Source: a virus. From it: 64,000 bases of DNA. Each line of letters starts with the position of its first letter. Position 1 is the stretch's first letter. Where the stretch lies: the IMG/VR virus record IMGVR_UViG_3300042691_053984, positions 68,859 through 132,858 of that record, one strand, 5' to 3'. The position numbers were made by a program, and so were the translations under genes. The notes below the pieces were generated by a model that made no database searches, was not told the origin of the DNA, and saw only the letters and a program-made list of their open reading frames with translations. Positions 46,425 to 56,378 of this stretch are shown piece after piece.

Positions 46425-47284
46425 ACAACAAAACGCACAATAAGAAAAGAAATGCAGGCCTGTTGTACGAATTTCTTGTAAGGACTATTTCAAGTGCTCT
46501 TGTGGAAGGCAATCAGAGAAAATCTGCAGCCTCCTTAAGAATATTGAAGAGACACTTTAGACCTGGAACTGAGCTTTACAGGGAATTTCGGCTCATCAAC
46601 TCGTTGATCAAAACGACAGTAAGCTCTACTTCGACTGCGTCGTCAATCATCAGCGAAGCAAGGGGTGCAGCCTGTACATACGACATGGCAGTGCTGGACA
46701 GGCAGAAGTCGCTGTTAATCAAGCACATCAACTATGCGTTGAAAGATGAAAATTTCTACGACCAACAGATCAACGAATACAAGATGTATGCCACGGTGCA
46801 GATGTTGTTAAATAACTGGAGGACGCCAAGCAAAGATAAGGACATTGGAAGGCTCGCCGATTATGAAAATCAACTCAACAATTGGCTCGTTTCAGAAAAG
46901 GTAAATCACGACGACCATGTCATCGCAGAGGATTCATCCGGCACTTCACGACTTTTGATGAAAGTGATGACAAAAAAGTTGAACGAAAAGTATTCAGGCA
47001 TGTTGACAGAGAGTCAAAAGTCTCTTGTCAAGTCTTATGTGTTTTCGACAGTGAATGACGACCCCGAAATCATCAGAGGAAAACTCGCCGAAATACGTGA
47101 CGATCTGATGAGGAAAATATCGATGCACGAATCATCTTTCTCAGAAAACAGATACATTTCTAATAAGCTCACTGAGGCAAAAGATAGATTAATCACAGAA
47201 AACTTTGAATCAATCAACGATGATACGATAACACGTTTCATGCTATACACAAAACTCAGTTCAGAACTAGACAGCGAGGAGTGA
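46421..47284 (+). CDS. Hypothetical head-module protein
   Basis: Lies between portal and protease; begins HNKKRNAGLLYEFL. Confidence 0.75.
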   Translation: MNNKTHNKKRNAGLLYEFLVRTISSALVEGNQRKSAASLRILKRHFRPGTELYREFRLINSLIKTTVSSTSTASSIISEARGAACTYDMAVLDRQKSLLIKHINYALKDENFYDQQINEYKMYATVQMLLNNWRTPSKDKDIGRLADYENQLNNWLVSEKVNHDDHVIAEDSSGTSRLLMKVMTKKLNEKYSGMLTESQKSLVKSYVFSTVNDDPEIIRGKLAEIRDDLMRKISMHESSFSENRYISNKLTEAKDRLITENFESINDDTITRFMLYTKLSSELDSEE

Positions 47285-47288
47285 CAAA

Positions 47289-47942
47289 ATGCTTATCGGT
47301 GAAAAACGCCTCTTAGACACATACGACGTCTTTGATTACAAAATCGTGACTGAGGTCGTGAAACCTGCAACAGTGGTTGAAGACTCCTCGGGTAACAGGA
47401 TCGAAGTGCCGGCCGTTAAAAAGGTATATATGAAGGGTGTCCTGCAGAAGGCGGATACCTTGAATCAGAACGGACGAATCTATCCTTTGCACCTCCTAGA
47501 GAGAGAGGTCAGAAATTACCAGAAGTTCATCATTGAGAACCGAGCCTTGGGTGAACTAGATCACCCAGATTCCTCTGTCGTCAATTTAAAGAATGTGTCT
47601 CACATCATTCGTGAGGCCCACCTTGAAAATGGGGTGGTATATGGTACAGCTGAAATTCTTGACACACCTTCTGGAAAGATCCTGCAGTCTCTTGTGGAGA
47701 GTGGTGTGAAACTTGGCATCTCATCTCGAGGAGTGGGCTCAACAAAGAAGCAGGGAGAATATCACATAGTCCAAGACGACTTTCAGTTGATTTGTTGGGA
47801 CTATGTGTCGGAGCCATCAACACCAGGTGCTTTCATGATCCCCGAGGGGAAGAGGATTGCCGAGGCAGAACTGAAGAAAATCTTCAATAAGAGTGACAGG
47901 ATTGACAGGGCTCTAAACGATATTTTGTCTTGCAAGTTTTAA
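47289..47942 (+). CDS. Prohead core protease (T4 gp21-like)
   Basis: NQNGRIYP; ALGELDHP (His); LGISSRGVGS (Ser); DYVSEPSTPGA. Confidence 0.95.
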   Translation: MLIGEKRLLDTYDVFDYKIVTEVVKPATVVEDSSGNRIEVPAVKKVYMKGVLQKADTLNQNGRIYPLHLLEREVRNYQKFIIENRALGELDHPDSSVVNLKNVSHIIREAHLENGVVYGTAEILDTPSGKILQSLVESGVKLGISSRGVGSTKKQGEYHIVQDDFQLICWDYVSEPSTPGAFMIPEGKRIAEAELKKIFNKSDRIDRALNDILSCKF

Positions 47943-47959
47943 TCTTAACAGGAATCTAA

Positions 47960-48433
47960 ATGAATAACGGCATAAAAATGACTAGATCACACCTTAAGTC
48001 TCTCGTGAAGGAATGCCTCGTTGAAATCCTTCAAGAAGGTCTGGGGTCTGTGGTGCCCACAAGACCAAACGAACATGTCGTAGAGAGCAGACTGCCACAA
48101 GGCAAAAACGCTCAACAGGTGCAAAGACCTCGTAGCGCAAGTCTTGATACCCCCTTGGTTTCAAAAAAACCACAATTATCAAAATCACTCATTGAAACCA
48201 TTAGGCACGAGTCTAACGGAAATTCAATAATGGCTGACATCCTTGCCGATACCGCGACAACCACTCTACCAAAAATGTTATCAGGGGGTGATTCTTCCAA
48301 CATGTCACATTCTACAAGGATGTCGCAGGTGGAACACTTCAATGGAACACCTGAGCAGGTCTTCGGAGACGAAGTTGCATCAAGGTGGGCAAATCTTGCA
48401 TTTATGGACGTGTCAAACAGAAAAATGTCGTGA
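47960..48433 (+). CDS. Hypothetical head protein with the leader and a C-terminal RWANLA motif
   Basis: LKSLVKECLVEILQEG ... SRWANLAF. Confidence 0.75.
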   Translation: MNNGIKMTRSHLKSLVKECLVEILQEGLGSVVPTRPNEHVVESRLPQGKNAQQVQRPRSASLDTPLVSKKPQLSKSLIETIRHESNGNSIMADILADTATTTLPKMLSGGDSSNMSHSTRMSQVEHFNGTPEQVFGDEVASRWANLAFMDVSNRKMS

Positions 48434-48463
48434 TGGCACCTAATTAGAGAAATGTAGTGTCAA

Positions 48464-48721
48464 ATGGAGAACAAAATGAGACTTACGCCAAAAATGTTAA
48501 AAAAGTTGATCCTCGATGAGGCAGGCAAGTTTGGAAAGATGCAGGACGTTGAAGACGTGGAGGCACGTGAAGTTGATGCAGACGAATTTGCTGATTCTCT
48601 TGAGAAAAAGATTGATTATGTAAAGGCTTTGAAGTTGGAAGAAAGCAGGTTACGTAAGCGCTTGGCAAAGATTGCTGAGACGCGTACCCGAGTCGTAAAA
48701 TCTATGTCAGACACAATCTAA
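48464..48721 (+). CDS. Small hypothetical head protein
   Basis: LTPKMLKKLILDEA; coiled-coil C-terminus. Confidence 0.7.
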   Translation: MENKMRLTPKMLKKLILDEAGKFGKMQDVEDVEAREVDADEFADSLEKKIDYVKALKLEESRLRKRLAKIAETRTRVVKSMSDTI

Positions 48722-48732
48722 GGGGGGATCAC

Positions 48733-49251
48733 ATGCCGGGCAAGGGTAAATACACAACGTACAATTCAAATTCTAGTCCGAGAAAAACGTTTCTTGCAAG
48801 TCTGTTTAAAGGCAGTCCCTATGCAGACAAAGGACCGGAACAGGTCAGGCAAGAAGTTGTTGCGTTGGGAAATAGTATCCTGCGTGCAGGAGAGACGGGA
48901 GGAGTGGCAGCGGGTGATGGTCAGATGTTCCCCAAGGGGGTTGATCTCACTTACGCAGGCAGCAATCTGCCTTATGGTCCTCCTGACGGAGACGTAAAGG
49001 TTGATGCAGCAGGCGCACCAATGAACGCGTTCGTGCCCGACGTTTCTTCACCAGGACCAGGCAAGACAGATGGACTTGATAAGGTTCCAGGATTAAATCC
49101 GAAGTTAAAACCAGAAGAATACAAGCCGGGATACGTTGAATCTGCGAACACGAGACTTCCTGTCGAATCTAGTGCTCGTGTTTACAGCGCTAACGTTCTC
49201 GGAGACGACAATCTGTTCAATACTACTGAACCTGTGCAGATACCTGTTTAA
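48733..49251 (+). CDS. Hypothetical Pro/Gly-rich protein (possible head decoration)
   Basis: 172 aa ORF with a GGGG SD, in the head operon. Confidence 0.65.
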   Translation: MPGKGKYTTYNSNSSPRKTFLASLFKGSPYADKGPEQVRQEVVALGNSILRAGETGGVAAGDGQMFPKGVDLTYAGSNLPYGPPDGDVKVDAAGAPMNAFVPDVSSPGPGKTDGLDKVPGLNPKLKPEEYKPGYVESANTRLPVESSARVYSANVLGDDNLFNTTEPVQIPV

Positions 49252-49296
49252 ATTAAATCTGATTGATAATTATTTCGAAAAATCGTGGGGAAAAAT

Positions 49297-51021
49297 ATGT
49301 CGAAACAACTCTACGAAGAAGCGTTGGCTGATGTTAAGAAGCTAAAGGAAGTCGCTGAGGATAATGCGAAGCGAGCCTTGGTTGAAGCAGTGACCCCGCG
49401 AATTCGTGACCTGATAGAGAGGGAACTGTTGAGGGAATACAATGAGATGGACGGAGATGCAGTGGGTGCGCCCGGCTCCGTTCCTCCTCACGGTGACCTA
49501 ATGACAGATGACTATGAATCACTTTCCGGACCGGAAGAGGGTGGCAAAGTTACCCTTGACCTTGACGATCTGATGGCCGACACAGGTGGTTCTCCTGTCG
49601 GCCCACCGATGTTTGGCGGAGATTACGCCATGGACGACATGGTCTATGGGCTCGACACTGAATCGGTGAAGATGTTGCTGCCTGTCATAAATTCAGTTTC
49701 ATTGAACGAGAATTTTGAGGAAAAACTGTCGCAACTGGAAGAAAGCATCAAGAATATCAAATATTCTGTGTACTTTCTAAAGGAGTCAAAGGATGGGGCT
49801 TCATCCGTACCAAAGTTGATTTCTCTGGTTGAAGATATGTATTCACACCTGCAGGAGAACCTTGCGTCTTCCGGCAAGAAGAAAAAGTATGAACTGACAT
49901 TAGAAAGTTACTATCAACAACTCAACAAGCTCCAGGAGCAAAATATGCGCAGAAATAGATCTAGAAGGTTATTTGAGGATGACAGCGAAGGCGGAGGAAA
50001 GAAGGAACTTTCCTTCCTTGTCAAGTTTGGGGATCAGTTCCCTGAAGAGGCCTTGGACGATGTTGAAATTGAAGTTACACCCGGTGGAGACATGGGTGGA
50101 GATGACTTCGGCGACGACGAAGACATGGGCGACGAAGACATGGGCGACGAAGAGATGGGCGATGATGAGGACATGGGCGACATGGGTGACGACGAAGACA
50201 TGGGCGACATGGGAGATGAAGACATGGGTGACGAAGGTGGCGATGAAGAAGAGCCACAAGAGGAAGGTCAATACATGGAATCCCGAGTTCTCAGGAACAA
50301 TCTTGTCGTTGAGATCGATGAGGGAATGCTTCGTCGTGAGATCGGTCGCATGAAGACTCTTCGCGAGGCTCGTGCACGTCATCAGCGCAGACTCAATGAA
50401 GCCCGTAGGCTCAGGTCGCAGCGCAGAAATCTGCGTGAATCTGCACCGGTTCCTTCCACGAAGGGACACGGCCCCGGAAAGACAGTCAACAGCTTTGGCG
50501 GCGCTAAGTCCAAGGGAGACCCCTGGCTTGATCAGGAACTCACCCTTGAGATCGACGAGATGGAACTCGAAAATGACGAGATGGAGACCACTCAGTCGCA
50601 GCAAATGGAATCATATCGCAGAAATTCGAGATTGGCTTCTCGCAATGGTGCACGTCACAGTGACGCACCCAGCAGGCACGCGGTTCAGGCCGAATCAGTA
50701 CTCCGCGCAAAGTTGGCAGAATCGAATCTGTTCAACGCAAAGTTGATTTACGCGAACAAGCTGCTCCAGAATGAGTCGCTTTCGAGGAGGCAGAAGGCAC
50801 AGGTCATCGAGCGCCTTGATGAAGCTTCAAACCTGCGTGAAGTCAAGCTTGTCTATGAGAGCCTGACCAAGGCGTTGGCAGGAACCTCACGCCCATTGTC
50901 GGAGTCGGCTGATCGCAAGGTCATCGGATCTTCGTCCATGGCAACCCGTCCGGCGGCAACGAACCTCAATGAAGGATTTGAGACCGATCGTTGGGCACGT
51001 CTGGCCGGTATCAACAAGTGA
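49297..51021 (+). CDS. Prohead core scaffolding protein (T4 gp22-like)
   Basis: Directly upstream of the MCP; acidic and coiled-coil; LFNAKLIYANKL; many LxE motifs; ends DRWARLAGINK. Confidence 0.85.
   Translation: MSKQLYEEALADVKKLKEVAEDNAKRALVEAVTPRIRDLIERELLREYNEMDGDAVGAPGSVPPHGDLMTDDYESLSGPEEGGKVTLDLDDLMADTGGSPVGPPMFGGDYAMDDMVYGLDTESVKMLLPVINSVSLNENFEEKLSQLEESIKNIKYSVYFLKESKDGASSVPKLISLVEDMYSHLQENLASSGKKKKYELTLESYYQQLNKLQEQNMRRNRSRRLFEDDSEGGGKKELSFLVKFGDQFPEEALDDVEIEVTPGGDMGGDDFGDDEDMGDEDMGDEEMGDDEDMGDMGDDEDMGDMGDEDMGDEGGDEEEPQEEGQYMESRVLRNNLVVEIDEGMLRREIGRMKTLREARARHQRRLNEARRLRSQRRNLRESAPVPSTKGHGPGKTVNSFGGAKSKGDPWLDQELTLEIDEMELENDEMETTQSQQMESYRRNSRLASRNGARHSDAPSRHAVQAESVLRAKLAESNLFNAKLIYANKLLQNESLSRRQKAQVIERLDEASNLREVKLVYESLTKALAGTSRPLSESADRKVIGSSSMATRPAATNLNEGFETDRWARLAGINK
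50088..50250 (+). repeat. Coding tandem repeat (D-M-G-D-E units) in the scaffold
   Basis: GAC/GAG-ATG-GG(C/T/A) units repeated about eight times with variable acidic spacers. Confidence 0.85.
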
Positions 51022-51075
51022 TGCATTGAACAGTCGATTATAATAACCAACAAACAAACACACGGAGTTTTTAAG

Positions 51076-52974
51076 ATGAAGCACTTTACACTAGATCAGT
51101 TAACCCAGGGTATTCGCGAGAAGCACATCGGTGCTGAGCGTGCCCGCCTCGTGGAGAAGTGGAGCCGCACAGGCCTCCTCCGCGGCCTCGACGGCGTTCG
51201 CCGTGAGACAATGTCGCAACTCCTGGAGAATCAGGCAGCTCAGGTCCTCAAGGAGTCCAACTCACTCTCGACCGGTGGCGGTAACGTCGCCTCGTCAGGT
51301 CAGATCCAGGGCTTCAGCAATATCGCGTTCCCGATCGTTCGTCGTGTGTTCGGTGGCCTCGTCGCCAACGAGCTCGTCTCGATCCAGCCGATGTCGCTCC
51401 CCTCGGGCCTCATTTTCTACCTAGATTACACCTACGGCTCGAACGTCGGTGGTGACGCCGGTGTGGGTCTCTCGAATTCAGCAACGTTCGAGACGTACCA
51501 GCGTGGTCAGTCCATCTACAACAACCCGACCGGTAAGGGCATCCGCTCAGGATCGCTCGCCACGGGTGGTATGTACGACCTCGTCAACACGGGCTACACC
51601 AAGGTCCACTCGGGTTCGCTGGCCCTTGCCACTGCATCGATCGGTGCATGGACGGCAAATGGAGACGTCTGGTCTGTCCATGGAATCGTCAAGTCGGTAA
51701 CCGATCTTTCGGGCACAAACATTCGCCAGCTCCAGTTTGACCCACAGGTCGAAAACGATGTCTCTGACAACGCCCTTGACGTCTCCTTCGTTGTGGTTTC
51801 AACCTCTGACCTGCAGGCAGTCCTGCCCAAGGTTGACCTCCTCGCGGTCGATCAGATTGCCCTCTTTGGTCTCGGCACCAACGGCGGCGCGACAGCATGG
51901 GGTGAGACATATCAGTCAGGTAAGGGTGTGCTCAACCTGCGTCGTTTGAACCGCCGTGGTAACTGGACGGGTTCAGTGTTCACACCTGATCCGCTCAATG
52001 GAAACCACGTTCTGTTCGTTGTCAAGCTTACAAACACCGGGGCCACCCCCACGGTGCAGGTCGCAGATCGAAACACCCTCAAGGTCTCGGCCGCATTGAC
52101 AGACGCCCTCGAGATCGACTCGACGTCAGGTGCAGCGCTGACGGTTCCCTCGTTCGAGTCTGACTTCGGCTCGTCGCCCACTGCGGCGATCCCCGAGATC
52201 GACATCAAGATCGAGTCGATCGCCATCACGGCCACGACCCGTAAGTTGCGCGCTCGCTGGTCGCCGGAACTCGCACAGGACCTCAACGCCTATCACTCGA
52301 TGGACGCCGAGGTTGAGCTCACGTCGATCCTCTCAGAGCAGATCGCCCTCGAGATCGACCGCGAGATCCTGAGCGACCTCGTGACGACAGCCAACGGTGC
52401 CAACTACTACTGGTCACGCAGCCCAGGCCGCTTCCTCAACAAGGTGACGGGAGTTCGTCAGAACCTCGCCGACTCGTTGCAGATCGGACCGCAGTTCACC
52501 GGTACGGTTCGTGAGTGGTACGAGACCCTCGTTGAGACGGTCATCGACGTTGCCAACACAATCCACCGTAAGACACTTCGCGGCTCGGCCAACTTCCTCG
52601 TCACGTCGCCCGACGTCTGCACCATCCTCGAGTCATCGGTCCTCTACAAGCCGAAGTTCTCGATCGACGGTGAGGGTCAGGTCGGTTCGCCGTTCACAAT
52701 CGGCGCAGAGGCAATCGGCACAGTCTCGAACCGCTTCACGGTCTATAAGGACCCCTACTTCCCACGTAACAAGATCCTCATCGGTTACAAGGGCGGCAGC
52801 TACCTCGAGACCGGCTATGTGTATGCTCCTTACGTTCCGCTCATCGTGACACCCACGATCTTCGCTCCTGAGGACTTCACACCGCGTAAGGGCGTCATGA
52901 CAAGGTACGGCAAGAAGGTCATCCGTAGCGACTTTTACGGGACAGTGACTGTTCTCGACATGAACGTGATATGA
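51076..52974 (+). CDS. Major capsid protein (T4 gp23-like)
   Basis: FPIVRRVF...IQPMSLPSGLIFYL; TRKLRARWSPELAQDLNAYH; EQIALEIDREI; YAPYVPL; FTPRKGVMTRYG. Confidence 0.97.
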   Translation: MKHFTLDQLTQGIREKHIGAERARLVEKWSRTGLLRGLDGVRRETMSQLLENQAAQVLKESNSLSTGGGNVASSGQIQGFSNIAFPIVRRVFGGLVANELVSIQPMSLPSGLIFYLDYTYGSNVGGDAGVGLSNSATFETYQRGQSIYNNPTGKGIRSGSLATGGMYDLVNTGYTKVHSGSLALATASIGAWTANGDVWSVHGIVKSVTDLSGTNIRQLQFDPQVENDVSDNALDVSFVVVSTSDLQAVLPKVDLLAVDQIALFGLGTNGGATAWGETYQSGKGVLNLRRLNRRGNWTGSVFTPDPLNGNHVLFVVKLTNTGATPTVQVADRNTLKVSAALTDALEIDSTSGAALTVPSFESDFGSSPTAAIPEIDIKIESIAITATTRKLRARWSPELAQDLNAYHSMDAEVELTSILSEQIALEIDREILSDLVTTANGANYYWSRSPGRFLNKVTGVRQNLADSLQIGPQFTGTVREWYETLVETVIDVANTIHRKTLRGSANFLVTSPDVCTILESSVLYKPKFSIDGEGQVGSPFTIGAEAIGTVSNRFTVYKDPYFPRNKILIGYKGGSYLETGYVYAPYVPLIVTPTIFAPEDFTPRKGVMTRYGKKVIRSDFYGTVTVLDMNVI

Positions 52975-53005
52975 TATGAATGTTATCTAATACGATAACA
53001 TAATC

Positions 53006-53033
53006 AAGGGCCACTTTTTAGTGGCCCTTTTTT
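53006..53033 (+). terminator. Rho-independent terminator after the MCP gene
   Basis: AAGGGCCAC-TTTTTA-GTGGCCCTT followed by a T-run; a second 8-bp hairpin lies at 52980-53001. Confidence 0.9.
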
Positions 53034-53035
53034 AG

Positions 53036-53063
53036 TTTACATTTAATAGTTGCTGTTTATTAT
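53036..53063 (+). promoter_or_regulatory. Possible sigma70-like promoter for the endonuclease gene
   Basis: TTTACA-N16-TATTAT. Confidence 0.35.
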
Positions 53064-53071
53064 ATAGTTAT

Positions 53072-54016
53072 ATGTTAACTATGCTAGACAATAAATGTAA
53101 AATATGCGAAAAAGAATTTGGCTCCCTAGAGTCAGTCTTCAGGCACATCAAGGTCCACGAAATAAAAGCTAAAGAGTACGTCCTAAAGTGGAAGCACAAT
53201 GGTATTGCACCGCTATGTTCTTGCGGATGTGGGGGAGAAACTAATTGGAATATAGCTTTAAAGGATTTTGCAAAGTTTATTCAAGGACATCATGCACACG
53301 GAAGAGCTAAGTCTGATGACGAAAAGAGAAGAATCGGAGAAAAAAATAGGGCCAATATGAAGGCGTGGATGGCAAGACATCCAGATGTAGCAAAGAAAAG
53401 AGCCGAAAGCATGGCAAGCATTAGAACTCCTGATTTTGAAGAACGTCGCATTAATTCAACACGCAAAGCCTACGAGTCAATGACCGCAGAAGACAAGCAA
53501 AAGTTCTCTGATCATTTTAAAAGACTTTGGGAGGATGGGACACTAACAGAAGCCCATGTTAAATCTAGCGAAACGTTCAAGCGTCGTTTTGCAAATGGAG
53601 AATATGATTTTGCTGAGCGAAATGAGAAGATCTCCGCTATCATAACCCAGTTATATCTTGATGGCGGATTCGAGTGGTCTACAGGCCAATACATTTCTGT
53701 GAAATCTGGAAAGACATTCAACTACAGGTCTTCATGGGAGCTTGAATTAATGAGGCAGTTGGATGAAGACGCAGTCGTTGAGCTTTGGAATTATGAGCCC
53801 TTTTCGATACCTTACCTCTTCGAGGGCAAGGTTCGTAGATATGTCCCAGACTTTCATATTGTAACTGACGATGGGCAAGACGTGCTTGTAGAAGTTAAGC
53901 CTGCTAGCCTTAGTGGCACAGAGAAAAACTCTTGTAAACGGTTAGCCGCTGTGGAATTTTGTCAAAAAAATGGGTGGAGATATCTTGAGTGGAAGCCCGG
54001 CGATAAAATACCGTGA
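53072..54016 (+). CDS. Putative free-standing homing endonuclease (Zn finger + NUMOD3-like + TnsA-N PD-(D/E)xK)
   Basis: CKIC...HIKVH; PLCSCGCG; KSDDEKRRIGE; YRSSWE...YEPFSIPY...YVPDF...LVEVKP. Confidence 0.8.
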   Translation: MLTMLDNKCKICEKEFGSLESVFRHIKVHEIKAKEYVLKWKHNGIAPLCSCGCGGETNWNIALKDFAKFIQGHHAHGRAKSDDEKRRIGEKNRANMKAWMARHPDVAKKRAESMASIRTPDFEERRINSTRKAYESMTAEDKQKFSDHFKRLWEDGTLTEAHVKSSETFKRRFANGEYDFAERNEKISAIITQLYLDGGFEWSTGQYISVKSGKTFNYRSSWELELMRQLDEDAVVELWNYEPFSIPYLFEGKVRRYVPDFHIVTDDGQDVLVEVKPASLSGTEKNSCKRLAAVEFCQKNGWRYLEWKPGDKIP

Positions 54017-54034
54017 TTAGCTTTTGCCTAGCTT

Positions 54035-54060
54035 GAGGCTACCGAAAGGCAGCTTTTTTT
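54035..54060 (+). terminator. Rho-independent terminator
   Basis: GAGGCTACC-GAAA-GGCAGCTTTTTTT (one mismatch in the stem). Confidence 0.7.
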
Positions 54061-54132
54061 TTATTTGGAGTGTATTATTTGTTTTTTCTAATTAGTTATT
54101 TACGAATGTCACGCGTGACGGGAGAAGCACAC

Positions 54133-55266
54133 ATGAGAATGAGTTCTTTGCAGCTAAAGAGATTGATAGAGTCTGAGGTAAAGGGTGCCATGGAGTCGAA
54201 GAGACGGACAAAGAGACGCCCAATGAGAGAGGCTTCGTTCAGGCCTAGCTTGGTCTCGCTAATTTTTGAAGAGTTAAGCGACGCAGAGACTGAAAATTTG
54301 ATTAGTAAAAATATCACACAGCCCTTGTCATCGACAGCAGACAAGACGACAGTAGAAAAGATAGTTCAGTTTTTAAACTCAAGTGAGGGTCAAGACCAAA
54401 AAGTAAGAGATAAGCTGGCGTCTGGTGCAAATGACGGTAACCCATCTGACGAAGTTATGGAAGTTGGGGTAGAGACATTGCCTGTCTTGAAACTCAAACC
54501 CTCTCAGTCACAAATTGGTTTGCCTAATTCAATCGGGTTTGCGTTTACTTCAAAGGGGAAAAAAGTGGGGGCCTTGGAGGCCGCGTTGAAGGGAAATGTG
54601 AACTCAACGGAAATTGTCGCGTGTGGCGACGGCATTGATAATAACTTTATCATCGATGGTCACCACAGGTGGTCGTCGGCAATCGCCGTAAATCCAGCTG
54701 CAAATATCACCGTCTCTTTCATTAAAGGAGACGATGCATTCAAAGTGCTGTCAATATGCCAGCTTGCCATTGCTACTTACAAGCCAGGTAAACTACCATC
54801 TAACACTTCTGAACCTGACACAAACTTACTTACCATGAGCGCCGACGCAATCGCACAGTACGCAAAAGACAACGTCGGAAAAGTCGTTGATGAAAAGGCA
54901 GGCTCCCCGCTTTTGACTGACGATATCTTAGACTTCCTTGCCGGGCAAGGCTATGGAGGCGCATCAGCGACAGATGACAGAGACACGAAGCTGGATAAGA
55001 TCTGCACCAAGATCGGAGAGAACTGCAAAAAAGTGCCAACACCTGGTGACGCGCCTGACAGAGTTCATATGCCGCAGTTTGATCCAAAATCGGGCGGTCC
55101 GACGCTTGATCAAGTTAAAGATAAATTTACGGGCGGGCAATTAAACTTTAAAGATCCTGTTGGTTCATCAGGCGGAGGAAAGCAGCAGGTCACTGCGGAA
55201 TCTTGGGATCGCCAAGGTGCAGTCGTCGTAGAGCGCTGGCAGCGGCTTGCTGGATTGATCAAGTAA
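54133..55266 (+). CDS. ParB/Srx-domain protein with the N-terminal leader and C-terminal RWQRLAG tag
   Basis: LKPSQ...FIIDGHHRWS; GGAG SD supports the start at 54133. Confidence 0.8.
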   Translation: MRMSSLQLKRLIESEVKGAMESKRRTKRRPMREASFRPSLVSLIFEELSDAETENLISKNITQPLSSTADKTTVEKIVQFLNSSEGQDQKVRDKLASGANDGNPSDEVMEVGVETLPVLKLKPSQSQIGLPNSIGFAFTSKGKKVGALEAALKGNVNSTEIVACGDGIDNNFIIDGHHRWSSAIAVNPAANITVSFIKGDDAFKVLSICQLAIATYKPGKLPSNTSEPDTNLLTMSADAIAQYAKDNVGKVVDEKAGSPLLTDDILDFLAGQGYGGASATDDRDTKLDKICTKIGENCKKVPTPGDAPDRVHMPQFDPKSGGPTLDQVKDKFTGGQLNFKDPVGSSGGGKQQVTAESWDRQGAVVVERWQRLAGLIK

Positions 55267-55281
55267 GATTGGAGAAAATAC

Positions 55282-56343
55282 ATGAGATACAACAACAACA
55301 GAAATAGTGAGCTTTTTAGATTGCGTCAGACGATCAGGAGAATCATCAAGGAAGAGGCGGAGAACGTAATCCCTGGAGATGCGTCGCCTGATAAGCAGGT
55401 TCACGTGTTTGACTTCGATGACACTCTCGGTGAGACGTCGAACGCCAACGGGATCATGTTGCATCAGGACGGGAAACCCGTTCACAAGTCAGAAGGAGAG
55501 GCTCGTGATTGGGCAAAGTCTATGGGGCTGACAAACTCTGACTTCCTTCCGCCTGAAGTTGCACAGATCTCCAACAGAGACGGTGGCTATGCGATCTACG
55601 TGACGTCAAAAGCGCTAGCTAAAGTGCAGAACCTCTTTAAACCCTCGAAGACAAAGCAGGCGATCACGGGTGTGAGCGAGCCTCCAGCAAAGGGTCCATC
55701 TATCTTAATTGACTTTACACCGTCGGCAGACGTAAGTATAGAAACGACTAAACCAATCGACTCGACTATCGACAGGTTGAAGGACGCAAATTCGAAGGGA
55801 TCAAAGACCATCGTCATCACTGCGAGGCAGGCCGACGGCGAAGGCACAAACTTTAAAGGCGAAAAAGTCGGAGCGACAAATGCCAAAGACATGAATGCAT
55901 TTCTATCGAAGCAGGGTGCCAAGCCGACTGACGGCGTATTGGGAGTCGTGGGTCAAAACAAGGGAGATGCTATCATCGACAAGTACCTGAAGTCAGGGGA
56001 GCCTCCCGAAGAGATACACTTCTACGACGACTTGGAGAAAAACACGAGTGAGGTCGAGGCAGCCGTAGGAAAACAAGTACCATCAGAGCTTTTTGTCTAC
56101 GGCCCAGGAGAATTTGCCCACGGTCAGGCAAGCGCGGATAGTCCTCGGGCGAAATTTCCCAAGGACGAAGCTTCAGAAGAAGACTGGAAGAAGCGTGACA
56201 CAGATCGTCGTGCAGCAAACAAGGCAGCTCGTGCAGCTGCAGATGCAGCCGCAGCTGCACAAGCTCAAAACTCGAGCCGCTTCAGGGACGGTGCGGTCAT
56301 GGTGGAACGCTGGCAGCGCCTCGCAGGTTTAATCAAGGATTGA
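55282..56343 (+). CDS. HAD-superfamily phosphatase with the N-terminal leader and C-terminal RWQRLAG tag
   Basis: VFDFDDTL (motif I); VITAR (II); NKG (III); FYDD (IV). Confidence 0.85.
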   Translation: MRYNNNRNSELFRLRQTIRRIIKEEAENVIPGDASPDKQVHVFDFDDTLGETSNANGIMLHQDGKPVHKSEGEARDWAKSMGLTNSDFLPPEVAQISNRDGGYAIYVTSKALAKVQNLFKPSKTKQAITGVSEPPAKGPSILIDFTPSADVSIETTKPIDSTIDRLKDANSKGSKTIVITARQADGEGTNFKGEKVGATNAKDMNAFLSKQGAKPTDGVLGVVGQNKGDAIIDKYLKSGEPPEEIHFYDDLEKNTSEVEAAVGKQVPSELFVYGPGEFAHGQASADSPRAKFPKDEASEEDWKKRDTDRRAANKAARAAADAAAAAQAQNSSRFRDGAVMVERWQRLAGLIKD

Positions 56344-56378
56344 TATATATATAAGCAGATGTCAGCAGGAGAAAACAC

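Noticed and set aside
50088-50250. Tandem repeat as a possible mini-CRISPR or DGR variable region
   Set aside because: Units are in-frame, codon-degenerate and lack unique spacers; no reverse transcriptase gene is in the window
49969-50604. 211-aa minus-strand ORF and other overlapping ORFs in the scaffold repeat
   Set aside because: By-products of the stop-poor D-M-G-D-E coding repeat
51040-51066. CAAA-rich leader before the MCP SD
   Set aside because: Probably just an unstructured translation-enhancing leader; too short to claim more
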